Below are positions 7,375-10,667 of a DNA stretch of 10,667 nt, in pieces; position 1 is the stretch's first letter, and each line of letters begins with the position of its first letter. The stretch comes from Candidatus Heimdallarchaeota archaeon B3_Heim. Lineage in GTDB: Archaea; Asgardarchaeota; Heimdallarchaeia; Hodarchaeales; Hodarchaeaceae. A program made the translations under genes and the position numbers. The notes beneath the pieces are model-generated. The model was not told the origin of the DNA, ran no database searches, and saw nothing but the letters and a program-made list of their open reading frames with translations. The stretch is taken from contig NJBF01000073.1 of the NCBI GenBank assembly GCA_003144275.1, positions 1 to 10,667 of the forward strand, written 5' to 3'.

Positions 7375-7446
7375 CGGTAATCCAGCTGCCATTTAAAAGG
7401 CCTATGGTTTTGCGCCCTATTCTTTCGAACAGTTTGCCTTTGTCGA
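7375..7446 (-). promoter_or_regulatory. Cyclic di-GMP-I (GEMM-I) riboswitch aptamer
   Basis: Minus strand UCGACAAAGGCAAACUGUUCGAAAGAAUAGGGCGCAAAACCAUAGGCCUUUUAAAUGGCAGCUGGAUUACCG. It has GGCAAA, a stem capped by a GAAA tetraloop, GCGCAAAA, a second stem, and 3' UUACCG. Confidence 0.92.
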
Positions 7447-7529
7447 TTACATCCTTCTTAGCTATTGAACGATTAATCAAAGATCCACTTCTCTAGTAGT
7501 CATGTCCAAGTATCTGATAGCGCATTGTT

Positions 7530-7557
7530 ATCATAGTAAAAAAGGAATATTTGTCAA
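7530..7557 (-). promoter_or_regulatory. Putative promoter TTGACA-N16-TATGAT driving the riboswitch leader
   Basis: -35 at 7557-7552, -10 at 7535-7530. It is divergent from the plus-strand promoter at 7613. Confidence 0.6.
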
Positions 7558-7608
7558 GTGATGTATTCTTTTGGTCTTGATGATTGCCTCAACAGCATAC
7601 CCCTAAAT

Positions 7609-7641
7609 CAGATTGACAAGTGCTGAGATTTGGCTTAGACT
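7609..7641 (+). promoter_or_regulatory. Family B element copy A, which is a near-consensus sigma70 promoter (TTGACA-N17-TAGACT)
   Basis: TTGACA at 7613-7618, TAGACT at 7636-7641. 7609-7636 matches 8385-8412 at 27/28, and its first 24 nt match 10006-10029 at 23/24. Confidence 0.8.
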
Positions 7642-7712
7642 ATCGTCAGAGAATGTAGTTGAGAAGTATCTGGGTTAGGATATACCTGGTTATCAGAGGA
7701 GGAATATTTCAA

Positions 7713-8264
7713 ATGGCGACGAAGAAAAATCAACATCCATTGCACAAGGTCATTGGAGATATGATTCAGGATAGCGAATTGCAAGATTGTGCTGTAATAA
7801 AAGATCCTGCATGCGGCGGAAATCAAAATATACCGTTGTTTTGTTCTGTTGAGAAGTCAAATGAAACAGAATACTGTAATGTGGATTTGTTGATACTAAA
7901 GGATAATAAAATCCGGGTAATTGTTGAAATCGAAGAAGCAGATGTTACCCCAATACAGATATTTGGCAAATTTCTGGCTTCAGCTTTATCATTCTATTTT
8001 ATTCATGGGACCCGAAAGAATGTGCCTGTCGGGATGGGGGATTCGGTATCATTCATCCAAATATTGGATGTGTCTAGATTGATACAGGATAAAACAGCTA
8101 AATTTGGTCAGTGGAAACGTATGGAAAAATCGATAAGAAACATAGTGCCAGTTAGAAACAGCAAAATTAGTGACTACAAAATCTTCTTTGGGAATACTAG
8201 TGACTTTGCCCAAGAGGACAAGAAACGGGAGATCACCCACTACATAAGAAGAGCGCTAATCTGA
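7713..8264 (+). CDS. Restriction-endonuclease-like (PD-(D/E)XK-like) hypothetical protein, 183 aa
   Basis: ATG 7713 after SD GAGGAGGA. The motif NVDLLILKDNKIRVIVEIEE has the D-x(n)-E-x-E layout, with Glu where Lys is usual. Confidence 0.7.
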   Translation: MATKKNQHPLHKVIGDMIQDSELQDCAVIKDPACGGNQNIPLFCSVEKSNETEYCNVDLLILKDNKIRVIVEIEEADVTPIQIFGKFLASALSFYFIHGTRKNVPVGMGDSVSFIQILDVSRLIQDKTAKFGQWKRMEKSIRNIVPVRNSKISDYKIFFGNTSDFAQEDKKREITHYIRRALI

Positions 8265-8367
8265 GTCCGACCTCTGATAGTCCGTAACCTATCCAACTTC
8301 GCTCCGTTAGCCAATGAAAAAACAACATCGATGAATCTGGGTAAGACTCCAAAAACCAAATTTTCCT

Positions 8368-8421
8368 GTATTCTCTCGAAGAACCAGATTGGCAAGTGCT
8401 GAGATTTGGCTTGGCTCCGTC
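8368..8421 (+). repeat. Family B element copy B
   Basis: 27/28 identity to 7609-7636. The upstream GTATT..CTC.AA is similar to 9990-10005. The -35 is TTGGCA and the -10 is lost. Confidence 0.85.
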
Positions 8422-9020
8422 AAATCAAGGAACTAATGGTCGTTTAATAGCAAATCCTACATTCTCTGTTGACCCTCCTATTGTACCATTCCTGCCTCGG
8501 CCGGAATGTCGCGATGGGGGGAGGTCGACACAAAACATAGGATTCACTGTCAAGACAGCTTTGATTGGTTGACATGTAACGAACACTTTCCTATAATAAC
8601 CCAACAATGGATTCGGGTGGTGACTGCGCCTGTCCCTACCGACTGGTGCCAGCCAACGGTAAGACATGCACTGAACTGAAAATGCAAAAAGACCAAATCC
8701 TAAGAGTAAGCCCAGAAGACGGAAACACACTCCAGACAAGTCTTCCAACTGGTTTTCTTTTGTCACCAACTCATACCATTTTATAGGATTTCATACCTCT
8801 TCTGGACACTATTTGGACAGTAAAACTTACTCTTTGAAATAGACCCTCAATATAGAGTAATGAGTACACCTAGTGGTACAGAACAAAGGTTTCTGACGTG
8901 GCTAATCAGACGTGGAGGGATTTCCTTGAGGGAGAGATTTACTAAGTAACCGATGTCTACACACTTCGATACAACCGAGTTAGCTCAAATTAGCGATGGT
9001 ATTACAGGGACATAATTGAT

Positions 9021-9788
9021 ATGAACGTATTTGACGACCTAAAGAAGCCGTTCAATGTCTTTCTTGTCGTTATGGCCGTGGTTGGCTGGATTATCAATGC
9101 TTACTTCTTCTTCAAATCAGAAAGAATCCGAGGCCCAACTTATCTTGTTTCCTCAGAAATAAACAAGGTCTACGATAGCAAGAAGGTGTCTCCAAAGTTA
9201 ATCTTACTAAAGACCCCAGGTGAGAAAATAGAAAAGGATGTATTTCTTGTCACTGTGCATTTCTGGAATTCTGGTAAGCTTCCAATCGAGCCCCAAGATA
9301 TCCGTGAGCCAGTAAAGTTCACAATCCGTAACTGCGAAGAGATCGTAGATTATAATGTAATTTCAGAGACTAATCCAGAGATAACTGATTTCCGCGTATC
9401 ACCCGGAGGTGACCGAAAATCTCTTATATTGAATTGGGCGCATTTGGACCCCAAAAATGGGGCAAAATTCCAGGTATTTTATACTGGTCCACCAAATCCA
9501 GAATACCTGTTCACTGGCAATATCCTTGGAAGCACCGTATTTCTTGATGGAAGATCTTTAGGTAAGAGGGTGCAGAGGACTAAACTTGGCGCAGTGCTTG
9601 TCAGCGTAGTCGTCGGGGCAGGCTCCGGATTATTGGGCTGGTGGGGCAGTACTTTATATGTCGACGTCAAATTAAGAAGAAGGAAAGGTATCCATGTGCG
9701 GGTCGCGATTTTTCTGGCTGCCTTATCAGGATATTTGTTATTCATTTACGTCATGCTTCTTACTAGTGGCAAAATTCCACCGGTATAG
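9021..9788 (+). CDS. Hypothetical membrane protein (one N-terminal and two C-terminal TM segments around a beta-rich soluble domain), 255 aa
   Basis: Long unshadowed ORF with hydrophobic segments VFLVVMAVVGWIINAYFFF, LGAVLVSVVVGAGSGLLGWW and VAIFLAALSGYLLFIYVMLL. Confidence 0.8.
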   Translation: MNVFDDLKKPFNVFLVVMAVVGWIINAYFFFKSERIRGPTYLVSSEINKVYDSKKVSPKLILLKTPGEKIEKDVFLVTVHFWNSGKLPIEPQDIREPVKFTIRNCEEIVDYNVISETNPEITDFRVSPGGDRKSLILNWAHLDPKNGAKFQVFYTGPPNPEYLFTGNILGSTVFLDGRSLGKRVQRTKLGAVLVSVVVGAGSGLLGWWGSTLYVDVKLRRRKGIHVRVAIFLAALSGYLLFIYVMLLTSGKIPPV

Positions 9789-9946
9789 GAGGCCATGCTC
9801 AATTCGGCTAACAGCGGCCAAGAGGAAGGTTAGAGATTTTCCTAAACCCGCTTTCGGTTAGTTCCGTAAATACCGAAAAGTCATGTTCACACTGTCCTAC
9901 TCCCATTAATAGTACCACTTGTTAAGTTAGAGTCAACGGAATAGTA

Positions 9947-9975
9947 GCCTCGGGAGCAGGTGGTCGGTAGTTCAA
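9947..9975 (+). pseudogene. tRNA-Pro(CGG) internal fragment, a possible att-site scar
   Basis: GC-CTCGGGA-GCAGG-TGGTC-GGTAG-TTCAA fits tRNA positions about 30-58: anticodon loop with CGG at 9951-9953 plus G37/A38, 3' anticodon stem, 5-nt variable loop, T-stem and TTCAA. There is no D-arm or acceptor stem. Confidence 0.7.
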
Positions 9976-9989
9976 GACACTGTGCGGCC

Positions 9990-10142
9990 GTATTTCCTCA
10001 AAACCCGGATTGACAAGTGCTGAGATTTGTTTCCCAGTATAACACGAGATCAATCTTACTCTCCGAGTTTTGAAAATATGTTGTATCGTGTTAGTGAGGT
10101 TTTATAGATGATTTTATCGTCCGAGTGGCACTGCTCCCCCTC
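9990..10142 (+). repeat. Family B element copy C (longest)
   Basis: Contains both the GATTGACAAGTGCTGAGATTTG block (shared with 7611 and 8387) and the CGAGTTTTGAAAATATG...CTCCCCCTC block (shared with 3125-3204). Confidence 0.8.
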
Positions 10143-10215
10143 GGCTATGTTCCGTGCCTCCTTAGGGAATGCGACTTTGAACGATTTCATCGATTGGGCA
10201 GGACGGCTAGGTTTG

Positions 10216-10268
10216 GTGTCCATATAGTGTCCATAATAGGTGTAAAATGAGGCAAATTCAGGCAAATT
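10216..10268. repeat. Two pairs of short direct repeats resembling integrase arm-type or RDF binding sites
   Basis: GTGTCCATA at 10216 and 10227 (period 11). AGGCAAATT at 10250 and 10260 (period 10). Confidence 0.55.
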
Positions 10269-10667
10269 GGTGGGGAAAGAGAATCACTTGGAACGGTTGT
10301 CTAAAGCAGGTTTGGTTCTCCAGGACTTACTCTTGTGATTTGTCACCATCGGCTTGGAAGGCCGACCCCTGACCATGTGGGCTAGTCGGTCATCAGGCGG
10401 AGGATATTAAGGTCCAGGAGGGTTATGCCTTCCTTCTCTAGCAACTCACAGATCTGAACTCAAACTAGTGGTTTCACCAACTCGAAGTCACATGTTATAT
10501 TGCGACTATAACATAAGAATACAATGCCTGCCAGAGTTTCCCCACACTTTTTAGCACAATAATACGTCCAACCAATAGATAGTTGTTGCCATTCAAACAG
10601 GATTCCTCATAATGTTCTGGTGAGGCTAAACTGCTATTTAAGATGGTAAGCGTTAGCCTGTGACACG

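Noticed and set aside
8260-8308. Possible attC remnant (...CTTCGCTCCGTTAGCC) after the 7713 gene
   Set aside because: Only a right-end-like motif, with no complementary left arm.
8425-8769. 114-aa minus-strand ORF
   Set aside because: No clear SD and no recognisable domain. The tail GSTENVGFAIK only faintly recalls trypsin-like proteases. It may be a decayed gene, so it is not called.
7635-9745. ORFs 7635..7826, 8049..8240 and 9479..9745
   Set aside because: Antisense shadows of the 7713..8264 and 9021..9788 genes.
10056-10265. 69-aa minus-strand ORF
   Set aside because: It runs across family B copy C and the direct-repeat pairs, and has no SD or protein-like features.
10495-10667. Minus-strand frame open from the window edge to TAA at 10497-10495 (about 55 codons), plus an imperfect AGGCTAA...TTAGCCT hairpin near the end
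   Set aside because: Too short to distinguish from chance without flanking sequence, and the hairpin is too short and irregular for an attC call.
1-10667. Taxonomic assignment
   Set aside because: No marker genes. Only a diderm envelope can be inferred from the beta-barrel.

Overview
An AT-rich accessory region from a bacterium with an outer membrane (a beta-barrel gene and secreted proteins are present). It has no core housekeeping genes. It is a mosaic of unrelated single genes. On the minus strand: a partial ORF, a secreted beta-propeller, a pentapeptide-repeat/K+ channel fusion, a PD-(D/E)XK nuclease, an HNH gene broken by an in-frame TGA, and a two-gene operon (small outer-membrane beta-barrel plus a 607-aa secreted protein) under a canonical c-di-GMP-I riboswitch with a terminator. 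On the plus strand: a second restriction-endonuclease-like gene and a membrane protein. The most unusual signal is non-coding. Family A (3 copies, invariant cores at a fixed 36-nt spacing) lies 5' of three unrelated minus-strand genes. Family B (4 partial copies, one a near-consensus sigma70 promoter) brackets a nuclease gene, and one copy lies just after a tRNA-Pro(CGG) fragment that looks like an integration scar. Tandem direct repeats resembling integrase arm sites follow. No integrase or transposase is in the window, so the cassette/accretion interpretation is inference. All alignments and coordinates were done by eye; no database searches were run.
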